Below, in pieces: positions 25,536 through 38,516 of a DNA stretch of 64,000 bases. The notes under the pieces were generated by a model. The model saw only the letters and a program-made list of their open reading frames with translations, had not been told where the DNA came from and searched no databases. Every line of letters starts with the position of its first letter. Position 1 is the stretch's first letter. The stretch comes from Cyanophora paradoxa CCMP329 (taxonomy: Eukaryota > Plantae > Glaucophyta): positions 1-64,000 of the forward strand of contig QPMI01000259.1 in assembly GCA_004431415.1 (NCBI GenBank). The letters are read 5' to 3'. A program made the position numbers and the translations under genes.

Positions 25536-28500
25536 TCAGAAGCGCAGCCACCGTCCACTGCTGGACTGGGTCATGGGCGGGGCACCGGCCCCGTACGAGG
25601 GCACTGCAGATGGCTGATACGCCGATGGTTGATAAGCTCCACCAATAGGGGCGGCCATGTTCGGGGCCATGCCTGCGCCGGCCGGGATGTACTGCACCAT
25701 GCAATTCACCTGTGTGAATCCACGTTAGAAAACACCATCTGACAGAGCGTAGTGCACACCTGGCCAGGCGCCGTAGTCCGGCCATCAAGGGCAGTCAGGG
25801 GGAACCACTGTAGGACATGTGAAAAGCGGTTACACGTAGAAAATTACGAAAACACGCACGCGCTGGATGGGAGCGCCAGTAAGCAGTGTCTGGACGGGAA
25901 TCCGGAATTGGCCGAGCAAGTCATCTGTCATCCAACGATCCTCGTCCCTGCACACGAGGCCAGTCACAGATACGTCAAGTGTTCACCACACAGTGGGCAG
26001 ACCAAATCTGTACAAGCATCTCAGTCTCATCCACACCCTCCTTGAAGTCACTGCAAGGAGCGGCGTTACTGGAGGTGAAACTGAGCATGCTCTTCAGACG
26101 CACATCTGGAATTCTTCATTCCAAACTGGGTTGGTGTTCCCCTTGACAGTCTTCGTCCGCTTCGTCTTTGCTCCGAGCTGCAGTACCAGTCTCATCCAAC
26201 CAGCAGACACAAGGGGAAAAAATTCACCTTGACGATTGCATAAGGATCTGACTTGCCAAACGTATCCGCATCCTTCAAACCACGTGCTTCAAGCATGCGA
26301 ATCACGATGGTTCCTTGACGTAGACCACCAGCAGCAAATGGCTGAGGAGCGTTGAAACCAATATTTGTACCAGGGGGACCTTGCGGAGTCGGGGCTCCAA
26401 ACGCGGAGGCAGAGGCCCCAGGAATGAACTGGAGAACGACGTGGACCTGCGGGCAGCAGATGAGCCCCACAATTCTGAGCCCCTGTTCTCCACCCGCCTC
26501 ACGTCTCCGTGGTGCACCTGTCCTTGGGCAGGGGCCCGGCCGTCGATGGACGCGAGCGGGAACCACTGGTCCAGAGGCTGGCCGCCGATGAGGGCCTGCA
26601 CCGGGAGGCGCATCTGGCCAAGGAAATCGTCGCGCATGCCAACGTCCTCGTCCCTGTCAGGCAGTGGTCAGCCCGCATCCTGAGCACCACCCCCTTGCAC
26701 AACGGACCAGATCTGGAGGTGCAGCTCCGTCTCGTCGACACCCTCCTTGAAGTCCCTGCAAGCGCCCCGTGAGCGTTGCTGCTGTTCGACTGCACGCGCC
26801 CCCGCAACGCACAGTGCGAGCTCCTCGTTCCACACGGGGTTGAGGTTGTTCGGGATCGTCTTCGTCCGCTTCGTCTTCGCTCCGAGCTGCGCCCAAAATT
26901 TTCAGTACGAAGGTGCAAGCTGCGCGGCCGGGCAGCATGGGCAGGCCGCGCACCTTCAATACGGCGTACGGGTCAGACTTGCCGAACGTGTCCGCGTCCT
27001 TCAGGCCACGTGCCTCCAGGACGCGCGCGACAATCACTCCCTGGCGTAGGCCGCCGCCGGCCGTGAACGGAGCCGGCATGCCGCGCGGGGCGAACCCTCC
27101 CGCCGGCTGGCCGTACGCGTTCGGAGCACCCTGGGGCGCAGTCGCCCCAGGAATGAACTGGAAAACAACGTGGACCTGCGGGCAGCAGATGAGCCCCACA
27201 ATTCTGAGCCCCTGTTCTCCACCCGCCTCACGTCTCCGTGGTGCACCTGTCCTTGGGCAGGGGCCCGGCCGTCGATGGACGCGAGCGGGAACCACTGGTC
27301 CAGAGGCTGGCCGCCGATGAGGGCCTGCACTGGGAGGCGCATCTGGCCAAGGAAATCGTCGCGCATGCCAACGTCCTCGTCCCTGTCAGGCAGTGGTCAG
27401 CCCGCATCCTGAGCACCGTCCCCCTAGCACGACGGACCAGATCTGGAGGTGCAGCTCCGTCTCGTCGACACCCTCCTTGAAGTCCCTGCAAGCGCCCCGT
27501 GAGCGTTGCTGCTGTTCGACTGCACGCGCCCCCGCAACGCACAGTGCGAGCTCCTCGTTCCACACGGGGTTGAGGTTGTTCGGGATCGTCTTCGTCCGCT
27601 TCGTCTTCGCTCCGAGCTGCGCCCAAAATATTCAGTACGAAGGTGCAAGCTGCGCGGCCGGGCAGCATGGGCAGGTCGCGCACCTTCAATACGGCGTACG
27701 GGTCAGACTTGCCGAACGCGTCCGCGTCCTTCAGGCCACGTGCCTCCAGGACGCGCGCGACAATCACTCCCTGGCGTAGGCCGCCGCCGGCCGTGAACGG
27801 AGCCGGCATGCCGCGCGGGGCGAACCCTCCCGCCGGCTGGCCGTACGCGTTCGGAGCACCCTGGGGCGCAGTCGCCCCAGGAATGAACTGGAAAACAACG
27901 TGGACCTGCGGGCAGCAGATGAGCCCCACAATTCTGAGCCCCTGTTCTCCACCCGCCTCACGTCTCCGTGGTGCACCTGTCCTTGGGCAGGGGCCCGGCC
28001 GTCGATGGACGCGAGCGGGAACCACTGGTCCAGAGGCTGGCCGCCGATGAGGGCCTGCACTGGGAGGCGCATCTGGCCAAGGAAATCGTCGCGCATGCCA
28101 ACGTCCTCGTCCCTGTCAGGCAGTGGTCAGCCCGCATCCTGAGCACCGCCCCCCTAGCACGACGGACCAGATCTGGAGGTGCAGCTCCGTCTCGTCGACA
28201 CCCTCCTTGAAGTCCCTGCAAGCGCCCCGTGAGCGTTGCTGCTGTTCGACTGCACGCGCCCCCGCAACGCACAGTGCGAGCTCCTCGTTCCACACGGGGT
28301 TGAGGTTGTTCGGGATCGTCTTCGTCCGCTTCGTCTTCGCTCCGAGCTGCGCCCAAAATTTTCAGTACGAAGGTGCAAGCTGCGCGGCCGGGCAGCATGG
28401 GCAGGTCGCGCACCTTCAATACGGCGTACGGGTCAGACTTGCCGAACGCGTCCGCGTCCTTCAGGCCACGTGCCTCCAGGACGCGCGCGACAATCACACC

Positions 28501-30792
28501 CTGGCGTAGGCCGCCACCGTACGGGCCGGGTGCCCCTCCGTAGCCCAGACCTACTGCCGTGTTGGGAGCCGGATTCATTCCGACTCCTGCTGTCCGCGGA
28601 AGGAACTGGAACATTGCGAGAACCTGTCGAACGGGAACAGTTAAAGCTCGCACATTTCGAGGCACCGTATGATGTACCTGCCCCGGGAAGGGCCGGCTCC
28701 CGTCCATGCTCGAAAGCGAGAACCACTGCCGGCACTTCTAAGGACGCGATATGATTTCCTGGAATAGCTATCAGAACGTACGCGTTCAAGCGGCTGCCCG
28801 TGCATGAGATCCTGCAGGGAAATACGAAATCCGCCAATAAAATCGTCAGACATGCCCCGATCCTCATCGAAAACCTGCCCGAAGATTAGCTGCTTGTTGT
28901 AAAATAACCGGACCTCATCTTACTTGGACAACAAGCTCTGTCTCGTCGACACCCTCCTTGAAGTCCCTGCAAGCGCCCCGTAAGCGTTGCTGCTGTTCGG
29001 CTTCATGCGACCCCGCAACGCACAGTGCGAGCTCCTCGTTCCACACGGGGTTGAGGTTGTTCGGGATCGTCTTCGTCCGCTTCGACTTCGCTCCGAGCTG
29101 CAGGGGGCAATTAACGCTGTCCAGACGGCTTGCATGCGAAATCTGCAACCTTCACGATGGTGTACGGGTCCGACTTGCCAAACGTGTCCGCGTCCTTCAG
29201 GCCGCGCGCCTGCGAGAGTTCGTTGGACAATGCGAACTCTTCTACAATGCGATGCAGTGACTTGAGCACCTGCATGATTCGGCACACAACCAAGCCCTCA
29301 CGCATGTTCGACTGGCCCATGCCGCGAGGTGCGGCACCCATGGGCATCCCCCGCGCGCCAACGCTTCCGACTCCTCCCGGGGCGGTGGAAACGTACTGCA
29401 CAACGGCATGCAGCTGGCCTGGCTCCCCCTTCCGTCCGGTCTTCGACGCCAAAGCAAACCACTGAAGGGACATCGCCATGATTGAGGGTCTTCGTTTTAC
29501 AGAAGGCAGAAAAGGAATAGTTGCACACCCGTTCAATAGGGATGCCGGTGAGGAGCGACTGCACCGGAATGGTAACCTGGCCCAAGAAATCGTCCGGCAG
29601 ACCAACGTCCTCATCCCTTTTTGCGATTCAGAAATGCACGGCATTGCGAGAGCGCTATGCGATGGAACCACTAACCAGATCTGGATGTTCAACTCCGTCT
29701 CGTCGACGCCCTCCTTGAAATCCCTGCGAGGAGTGGTGAGAACTGCGTCGGTTCTGCTGCACGCTCCGTCACGGCGCACAGCTGCACTTCCTCGTTCCAC
29801 ACAGGATTAAGGTTGTTTCTGATTGTGCGGGTCCGCTTGCTCTTCGCACCAAGCTGCAAGAGGTCAGAAAAAAACAGGGCAGCACATGTCGAATTCGAAA
29901 GAACCTTAACGACTGCGTATGGGTCGGACTTCCCGACCATGTCTGTATCCTTCAGCCCACGAGCCTCGAGAACACGGACGACGATGAGCCCCTGCCGGAG
30001 CCCGCCAGATGGGGGAACGCGGTCGAGCCCCATGGGAGGAGCCGACATGCGACCCGGGATTGCGGCGTACTCCCCGCGCGTTCGAGATTCGTCCAATACG
30101 CCGCCCCGGTTTTCGAGCGTTGCGTTGCGGCGCTCTAACTCCGCGATCCGGCGCTTGAGCTCCGCGATGTCGTTGCTACCAAGACTCAGACGGCTGGACG
30201 GCGCGTAGCGATCTACTTCACGCTCCACTTCCTTGATTTTCATGCGGGCTCGTTCGACAGCCTCCCTCTCTGCGGCCAGCTGGGTCTGGAGGAGTCGGAG
30301 CGTTAGCAGTTAGCGCGGACGGCAGGGCTCCACGGCGAACCTTGAGCTGCACGTTCTCTTCTCGAAGCTCCAAGTTGTGTCCAAGAATCTCTGCGCGGAC
30401 GTTCGCCGTCGACGCCGTCCGCGGGAAGAGAGGTGCACGGGAACTCACCGCGGACAACGGCGTCCAGGTCCGCCCGGATGCGAGAAAGCTCGACAGCCGG
30501 AGCCCGCTGCGAACGCAACAGTACGTCGGCCGCGCAGCCTAGTGAAGGGACAAAACCCCACGAACCTGGAGCTCGGCCGAGGTCAACTGCGACTGAAGGG
30601 CGAGGGCCTTATGAACGAGTCCCTCCAGCCGGTTTCCAGCCCCCGACGGTGTCGGAGCCTGCAAGGCAGGCCCGAGGCGTTAAAGACTTGTATACGAACG
30701 GCGACCACCGTACGAACCGCAGGAGCCAGGGCTGCATCGCGATATCCACCGGCGCCATAGGCCGGCGCCAGGTAGCTGCCTCCGTAGGACAT
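25536..30792 (-). CDS. Coiled-coil + six tandem C2-domain protein
   Basis: Six copies of (L/M)R(Q/E)G.I..R.LEARGLKD.D.FGKSDPY...KRT.T..NN.NPVWNEE...WDED...DDFLG..W. N-terminal coiled coil; ends SSGRWLRF*. Confidence 0.9.
26420..28515 (-). repeat. ~730-bp tandem genomic duplication (3 copies) of a whole C2 module including its introns
   Basis: Near-identical sequence at offsets of 729-730 bp (e.g. 26499/27228/27958). Confidence 0.95.
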
Positions 30793-31115
30793 TGTGTCCC
30801 GGGTTTGCTGCCCCTGTACCCCCGGAGTTCAGGGAGCCTGAGGGGGGTGACGAAGTGACCTTAAGCTTCGTGCATGATCGAGCTGCGCATGCAGCCGCGT
30901 GCAGTCCAATGCTAACTAATGTAATGTAATAAAGCGATAGCTATAGCTATAGCTACATACATTCGTGGTGGTGCTTATGTAGTACTACGGTATACGTAAT
31001 CTGCCTGAGGAAGGGCTCGCGTCTGATAACCTATAGCTAGTTGACGTCGGCGCCGGCCATGTTGGGGTATAGGCCTACCTAAAAGGCCTCGTTTTCATCA
31101 GCAGACTCCGGTCCG

Positions 31116-31238
31116 TTAGGGGGCCACGCAGGGCCCGGCTGGCCAGTTCGCCGGTGGGCTGGGCTCGAGCCGCGGCGGCAGCAGTGTACATCCCACACTT
31201 GTAGCCCGGACTTGCGGTTTGAATTCGCGTCCAAATGC
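31116..31238 (+). mobile_element. 3' half copy of the dispersed GC-rich element
   Basis: TTAGGGGGCCACGCAGGGCCCGGCTGG...GGACTTGCGGTTTGAATTCGCGTCCAAATGC matches 25263-25388. Confidence 0.85.
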
Positions 31239-31410
31239 GACCAAGGCGACGATCAGTCTGATTATAATTAGCCGTAGAGCTATAACTTTATATAGAATAT
31301 ATAGCGCTCACTTGCATGCGCAATTGCAATCTCTCACACAGCTGCAGATAGCGCGGGATGCACATATTTAGCCGGGCGTTGACCATGGTGCCAGCAGCGG
31401 CATGTCGTGT

Positions 31411-32084
31411 TCAACCAGCAGCTTGCTCTGCAGCTGCTCGAAGCTCAGCTCGTTCTTCTGCTGCAAGCTTTTTCAAAGAGTCCAGCTCGTCCTTCCTGCG
31501 CTGCCTCTCCTGTTCCATCTTGCCTGCTTACAATGCACGCAGGAGCATGGGTAAATACACTGCAGCCTGCAACTAACCATGGAACTAGACGACGCACGGT
31601 GCTTTCTCCGGATAGCAGTCATCGCGAAGCGCCTTGCCCACTCGTCACTAAGCTCGATCTGGACGGGGGCATCGTCCGTATCTCTTTCGACGCCGTCGTC
31701 TGCGACCTCCGCGGTGCTGCCGAAGGCGGCCGGAGCTGAGGTCTCTCCGTTATATGGGAAGCTGGACGCTGGATGCGGGCATGCCGGCGGCTGCCAGAAC
31801 ACAGGCCCATGCCAGACCGACGGAGGAGGGGGCGGCGCTGCCGGCATATGGACCTCCGCAGGGGCGAACGGCGCGTGCCATCCGAAAGGCGGGCGGGCAC
31901 CAAAGGAAGGATGGCCCGCAAAGGGAGGCGACTGCGGGTGTGCAGGAGCGCCGTCGTGGAAGTCGTGCACAAACGGCGCGAGGTCGGGCGGCGGGCGGAG
32001 GCCTGGCAGCGGGAACGGTGGCAGGATGGCGCCCGGGCCGCCGAACGAGTGCGGAAAGGCGAGACTGATCCCAGTCGAGTTCAT
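31411..32084 (-). CDS. Pro-rich protein with a short C-terminal coiled coil (weak Gemin8-like motif)
   Basis: Two-exon model ...VQIELSDEWARRFAMTAIRRKHR|KMEQERQRRKDELDSLKK...AAG* with a phase-1 GT-AG intron. The family resemblance is only tentative. Confidence 0.65.
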
Positions 32085-32223
32085 GGACAGGAGCGGGGCG
32101 CCGCGGACGCGTACACGCCGACGCCGCCGGGCGCTACTCCTGAACCGAACCTTGCGTACGTATCCCGCCCCCTCCAGTCCTTGCCCGCCGCACTGGACAC
32201 TGGACCCTCACCTGGAGGACAAG

Positions 32224-32290
32224 TGCTGGACCACTGCTGGACCACTGCTGGACCACTAGTGCTGGACCACTGCTGGACCAGCTGGACCTG
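32224..32290 (+). repeat. 11-bp tandem repeat TGCTGGACCAC (~5-6 copies) in a bidirectional promoter
   Basis: Directly visible between divergent ATGs at 32084 and 32342. Confidence 0.85.
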
Positions 32291-32341
32291 AGCTGGTTTG
32301 TGGAGGGGTATACACGCGGCCGAGCGATCCGTCAACATCGC

Positions 32342-35300
32342 ATGCAAGCAGCTTGGATGCAGGATAGCTGGCTGGTAGAGCTGCGACGCGAGCCCTCGCG
32401 GCTTCGCGGAGCTGGCTTCGCGTCCCCGGCCCCCCTAGCCTTCGAGAGGGCCCAGCGAGCTCAAGCCGGTTGCGCACACCAACAGAGCAGACGAGGAGGT
32501 GCGTGCACGGAGCGCGCGCGCGCGGCTGCAGTTGAACGGCCCGCAGCTCCGCACCCAGCGATCCGCTCGCTTCGGCGTCCGACGAAAAGCAGGATCAGCT
32601 GGTCGTGCAGCATTTCCTCCGCCCCGCTGCCCTCGTTTGGTGCGCTCCACACCTGTCTCGCAACCTTAGAAGCGCAGCAGCAGTGCGATCTGACACCTCG
32701 CGTGCGCAGTGGCGACCGGCCGTCACTGGCTCGCTGCGCGGCGGGAGGAGGCATTGGTCGTCTCCGCGATCGGCCAGTACGGAGGCCCTGCAGCTCCAAA
32801 CGTGCAGCAGGACGACGAGGATGGGATCGCGCTCGAAGACGAAGACGAGCAGATCGACGACAGTGAAGGCGTGCCTCGCGGCACGCAGTGGGTTGCCGCT
32901 AGGGCGAGCGGAGATCGTACGCTGGAACGGATCATGGAGACCGGCAAGCGCGGTGACGTGGCGGGTGCGGGGCGGCCCGGAATCAGTCGTACGCGCCGTA
33001 ACCACGTCTGCCGCAGGCATCATACAAGCCGTTGAGGAGCACCGGGGGTTCCTTACCGATGTGCACATTTCGGCGGCCATGCATGTGCTGGGGAAGTTTG
33101 TCCAGCCGCACCAGCGCTCGCGCACGCCCCTGATGGAGAAAGGGTTGGATTTTCTTGCCGACAAGTTCATTCACTTCACCTCGACCTTTCGCTGTGCGCC
33201 AGCCCGCGTAAGTTTATGGTGACAGCTGACCTTGCGAGCGGTTGCAGATCGACAGCTCGCAACGTTCATCTACGGCGTACGTACAGAACCCCGACCCCTT
33301 CCCGCGTGATCCGCGCACATACGCGTGGCAGTGTGCGCTGGCAGGCTACCAGAACCGCGCTGTGCTGGATCTGGCGGCCGCACGGGCTATCGCCTCGATC
33401 CACCTTTTCCCTCCCCAGAACGTCTCTATGCTCATGTGGGGCTGTGCAAAGTTGAACTACAGGTACGCGGTGTCGGCCCCGCTAGAGCGCCAACACCGAC
33501 AGCGGGCGGAGCGCAGGAACGCGGAGCTTCTGCGGGCTGTGGCATCTGAAGTGAGGACGCGTGTCGCGAAAGACTTCACCCCACAGGTTCGCCTCCGCTC
33601 TCCCGTGCCGGACCACGCTGGCTCAGGCCACCCGACAGGGACTCGCCAACACAGCCTTCGGCTTTTCGAAGCTGCGACACGCGGACGCCGAGATGTGGCA
33701 GGCCCTCGCCGCCCGCACAGTGCGCGCAGGCGGCGGTCAGCCTTGTGCGGGGCACGACAGACGCCGGGTGCAGATCGAGATGAGCAAGCAGTTGAATGGG
33801 CAGGAATTGAGCATGCTCGCCTTCGCGTTTTCAGCCATGCAGGCGCGCCGTCCCACGCCCTCTCAAACCCAGCTGCGGGACGAGCAGGAGCGACAGATGC
33901 GGGACGAGACGCTCTTCGAGGCGATTGCGGTCGCCGGTCGGAAAATGCTCCACGACTCCCTCACCGGATTTCAAATGGCAGTCCTTTCCCGCGCCTTCGG
34001 CGAACTCGGTGCAGAATATTTCCATCGTGGCATATGCTGGCGCAGTCCGAGCCCTGCACAGGGCTGCGCAATGAACCTCTGTTCGCAACGATGGCGTCAC
34101 TAGCCCCCGCGCGCATCGGGGAGCTCAGCTCGGACGGCCTCGCGCAGCTTGCCCGCGGCTACGGCCTCGTCGGCATCCGACCTCGCAACCTCTTCAAGGT
34201 AGGCGGGCCCTGAATTGCATAGCGCCGCTAACTCCAACGACAGCTGATCTCCGATCGAGCTCTGGAGGTCCTTCCGCATGCCACGCCCGAGGAGATCTGC
34301 CATCTCGCCCAGGCTTTTTCCCAGGTGCCTTTCTGTCTCGCGTATTGAGTGCCTCGCGGTTCCTGAGCAAGGCATTTAACACGCATCATTCGCCCTCAGG
34401 TCCACGTGAAGGTGCAGTCCGCTACTCTGCTCAAACAGGCGTTACCCATTCCGCGCCGCGGCGACAGGACGAGGCGCTGTACAGGGCGATCACGGAAACG
34501 GTAGTTGGTCGTCAACTGCAAGGCTTCACGGCGCGGCAGGTTGCGGACCTCGCCATGTCCTTCGGCCGTGCCGCCATCCCGGATCGTCGGCTTTTCCGTG
34601 CAATCGCGTCCTGGACCATCGACAACATCTCCCGTCTTTCGGAGGACGACATCGCTACCGTGTGTCTGCCCCCTTCCATTCTCATCGTCGCCTTATCCGC
34701 TCCCGGCAGATTATACGTGGTTTCAGCGCGACCTCCGTACGAGACGACGCTCTTCTGCGTGCTGTCGCTGAAAACTGCCTCGGCGAACGTGGATTTGATC
34801 GTTTTCAGGTGTGCCCCGTCATTCACGAGGTACCTTGCGGCCGCTTAGCCTGTGCAGGCCGACACACTAGCCGACTTGTTATGGGCATTTGCCAACGCGG
34901 GCGTGCGGGATGAATCGATTTTCCGCGCAGCTGCTGCTTCCATGATGCCCAAGGTCGGATTTGTGTCTGCCCATTCGAAAGACATCTCACTTGTTGGAGC
35001 AGGTTCCACAGCTGAGCATATCGGGCCTTTGCGACACATTTACGGGTGTGTGGCTTGGATTCGCCATGATCTAGGAGATAACGTGGCACTGCAGCGTTCG
35101 CATCGATGACGGCGGGCTTGCACACGGATGAAGAAGCCTGGGCCCTTGCACTCTATGCTGCTCTCACTGAACAGCTCCTCACTCCGGGGCCCCGCGGCAC
35201 CCTCAGGGTATGTACCCCCCATCCCTTACTCTGACACCTTCCCCCTCCTTGTTCCCACTTCAACTTCGAGATTTCTTACTGATCGAGGGGGGCGCAGGTG

Positions 35301-37120
35301 GAACAGCTGACACACAGGCAGGCAGCGACACTAGTTTCCTCCTGCCGCCAGGCCATGTACGATGACCCAAGACTTCTTCAGGTAGCCGCCCCCCCCCCCC
35401 CTCCCCCCCCCCCCCCCCCCCCCCCCCGCGCACTCCAGCCCCTCCCGTCGCCAAACTGCAATCGCCTTTCTGCAGGCACTTCTCCGTTTTGCACTTCGCA
35501 CTGTTCGGGATCTTCAGGTTGGAGATCGTCTGCTTTCAAGGTCCCCCGCATTCCGCTCATTCATATGCAGGCCTCGTATCTTGCGCAATTTGTCCTCGCA
35601 TTTGCATCGCTGCAAATCGACTGTGCGGCGCTTCTCGCCCACATCCCTCAGGCAAGCTCCCATAGCGTAAGCCAAACCTTGCAAAACCTCTCACAAGCAC
35701 CCCAGGGCATCAAATTTTTCCGCTCTATGCACGACTTTTCCAATCTGGTTCGTGCTCATTTTTGCTCATTCGCTTTTTTTGCATATACTTATGACAGTGC
35801 AAAGGTGTACGGTCTAGTAAGCGTTGGTCGGACAGACCTTTTGCAATATGTCATCCCGAATCTTGAGGATACGTCGAGGCGATTTGGAGGCATTCCACAG
35901 TGTTTGTGTCCCCTCCTTCTACACTCTTACAGTCCGTCCTTGCAGGCATGACTCAGGAGGAGTGCTCTCAACTAAACCTTGTATTCCTTGCCATTCGGAC
36001 GGAAGCTCCAGAGCTTCTCAGTTTGGTACCCGATCAACTGCGTGGCCGCATCGAGCGCGAGCACCGTCACAAGCTACGGTCCCTCGTTAGTCCCTTGCCC
36101 CGCAACCTGCAATCATTTGGGGTATGTAATGCTTCTCACGGCAGGAGCACATGCCTCGCCCTTCAGCTCTCCATCGTGCTGTCTCTTGGATTCTTCATAA
36201 TGTGAGTAAACTTGTTGCATGCATTCTCTGTTTTACGTTAATGTTGACTGCAGGAAATGGGCGCCGCCTTCGAAGAAGAGTACCTGGTTGCGGGCAAGTG
36301 TCATTTGCCCTGATGTGATTGCATCATGTTCTTGCTGATCTCTGTGAAGGGGCGTACCACGTGGATATTGCTTTTCCTGAGGAGCGGATCGCCCTGGAGG
36401 TCACATGTGCATGAACGCTTCCATTTTCAAACCTCACGCCCATGCAGGTAGACGGCCCTGCACACCATCTGAAGGCACTTGTTCAAGAGCCAGGCCGCCC
36501 AGGGGCTAGTGATGTGCCTCCATCAACCCAGATCGCAGGTGTCGCAACGCTTTGATGGATCAACCGTTCTCAAACAGCGTCTCCTTCGCAACTTGGGCTG
36601 GAAGGTGCAGGATTCGTTCACTCTATGGCTCACATTGAACATGCAACGAAGAGCTGCAGGTCGTGCATGTGTCTTATGTGGAATGGCTTCGGCTAGAGTC
36701 TAATGAAGAGAAACGTGTTCATTTGGAGGGAATCCTCCGGTTCGGCTACATTTGCTGTGCTCTGGTCTTGCATATCTGGTCTAAATTTTAACGTGCCAGG
36801 CCGGTTCTCTATGAGGATGAGAGTGCCCGTCCCACCGAGGAGGTTCTTTCCTTTGGATACTGCAACTCAATCTGCCTTGAATATTCCTGCAGGCATACCG
36901 TGCCAAGCCATCCCAGATCCGAGCACGTTCCACGCACAGGTCCGTGCCGCTGTCACTGCCGATCTGGAATCGGCGTTTGACACAAGCCAGGCCGTCGGAG
37001 CTGCGATCATGCCCCTTCTGTGGCAACCTCTTCCACCAAAGAGGCTTAGGGGCCCACCAGCGGTGGTGCAAGGTGCGATCGTCAAGATCGGACGACACTA
37101 CCACGACGTCGATGTCGTGA
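32342..37120 (+). CDS. Helical-repeat (OPR/HPR/FASTK-like) RAP-domain RNA-binding protein with a C-terminal C2HC finger
   Basis: ~37-38-aa repeats (FPPQNVSMLMWGCAKL, FTPQGLANTAFGFSKL, LNGQELSMLAFAFSAM). RAP motif YHVDIAFPEERIALEVDGPAH...TVLKQRLLRNLGWKVVHVSYVEW. Last exon encodes CPFCGNLFHQRGLGAHQRWC. Start is uncertain. Confidence 0.85.
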
Positions 37121-37372
37121 ACGATATGCACCGAGGCCACATACAATGACGTGTCGTTTTAATGAATATGCACGTGTCCCACGGTTTCCCATCGTGCGTA
37201 CAGGTGCACATCTAAAACGACTGCTGCACACGCCCCAGTGATCGCAAGTCCCCCCCACTTGAAATTGCCCGGTCTGAAGGATGGTGGGTTACGACCCAGA
37301 AAGGGAAGCTAACTGCCACCTCGGGAGGGCGTGTAGCGAGTCGGGGGCACGGACAACGCAGGGCAAAACAGC

Positions 37373-38200
37373 TTAGCGCTTGCCAGGAACCGGCTTGCTC
37401 TTGGCGGGCTTGGGCTGCTTGATCTTAGGCTGGTCCTTCTTGCCAGCCGCCGCGGTAGTAGTGGTCTTCGCGGCCTTCTTCGCGGCCTGCTTCTGCTTGT
37501 TGCGCTCCTTGACCTCGCTAAGCACAGATGACATGAGCAAAGGGTGAAGCCGCCAAAACTGAATGGCGCACCGGAGGGCAGCCTCGCGGGCGGCAGCGCG
37601 CTGCTCGGGCTTCTGGCCCCGCTTCTGCTTGATCACATCCAGAGAGGCACCGACGATGGCGCGCTGGACCTTCGTGGTACGGACGCGGCGCTTCTTCTGC
37701 ACCTCCTCCTGGTGGCCCTTCTTGTGCAGGCGGCGGTAGAGCTGGGTCCAGTTGAGCTTGCGGGGGTTGCGCTTCATCTGGAACGACGCCTCGCACTTCG
37801 AGCTCACGAACATGAAGGACTGAGACGTCGCGGTTAGCCAGCGCAGCAGCCATTGCCGCAATTGCTTCCCGGGCAGATAAAGGACCCCCAGCCATGTAAG
37901 CGCACCCGGTTGTCCGCGCGGACGAACTTCATGCCATGGCCTGCTAGCGAGTTCAGGCGCGCCAGAGAAAGAGGTGCGACACACGCACCCGGGTAGATCT
38001 TGTACCCGCTGAAGTAGCAGGTCTCTGTCCTGGTGCGCGAGAAGGATCAGCACAGCATTCGCGGACCGAAACTGCACTGCGATCCCGGAAGCCCCGTGCG
38101 TAGCCATAGAGCGGGGCAGCATCTCTGAAACAGAGATGTGCACAGCACAAAGAGAGCAGGCGGCCCAGTGAGCTGGGCGATAGACGCACTTGATCACCAT
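37373..38200 (-). CDS. RPL24: 60S ribosomal protein eL24
   Basis: Spliced [64 protein letters not shown]...[16 protein letters not shown], with a K/A-rich tail. Confidence 0.96.
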   Translation of the reverse strand: MVIKCVYRPAHWAACSLCAVHISVSEMLPRSMATHGASGIAVQFRSANAVLILLAHQDRDLLLQRVQDLPGCVCRTSFSGAPELASRPWHEVRPRGQPGALTWLGVLYLPGKQLRQWLLRWLTATSQSFMFVSSKCEASFQMKRNPRKLNWTQLYRRLHKKGHQEEVQKKRRVRTTKVQRAIVGASLDVIKQKRGQKPEQRAAAREAALRCAIQFWRLHPLLMSSVLSEVKERNKQKQAAKKAAKTTTTAAAGKKDQPKIKQPKPAKSKPVPGKR

Positions 38201-38516
38201 CTTGGCGTGCCCTGCGCGAGTCGCGCGGCGTCAGATCAACGCGATCTTACAATCGCTTCAATGCGGAGGCGACCCCGGCAGGCGCTCTTCCCGCGAGCAG
38301 CTCCAGCTGCTGGCGCACCTTTCCCTCCCTTGTGCGTACCCCACCAACCTCGACGCCACTATACCCCCCGGGCCTTCGGCGCTGCTCCGCCCGCGTTCGC
38401 GCCGCCAGCAGCACCAGCAGCAGCAGCAGTAGCTAGCACAGCAGCAGTGTAGCTCGTCTCCTAAGCTCGAATCCCCCTTCAAGCGCGGACCCGCAGGCTG
38501 GCGGTGAAAACAAGAC

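Noticed and set aside
31200-31238. GCGGTTTGAATTCGC as part of a tRNA gene
   Set aside because: No cloverleaf, D-arm or acceptor stem; it belongs to the dispersed repeat.
35388-35427. Poly-C run giving a poly-Pro ORF (similar runs at 40494-40518 and 49737-49762)
   Set aside because: Intronic or intergenic homopolymers of unreliable length; not coding.
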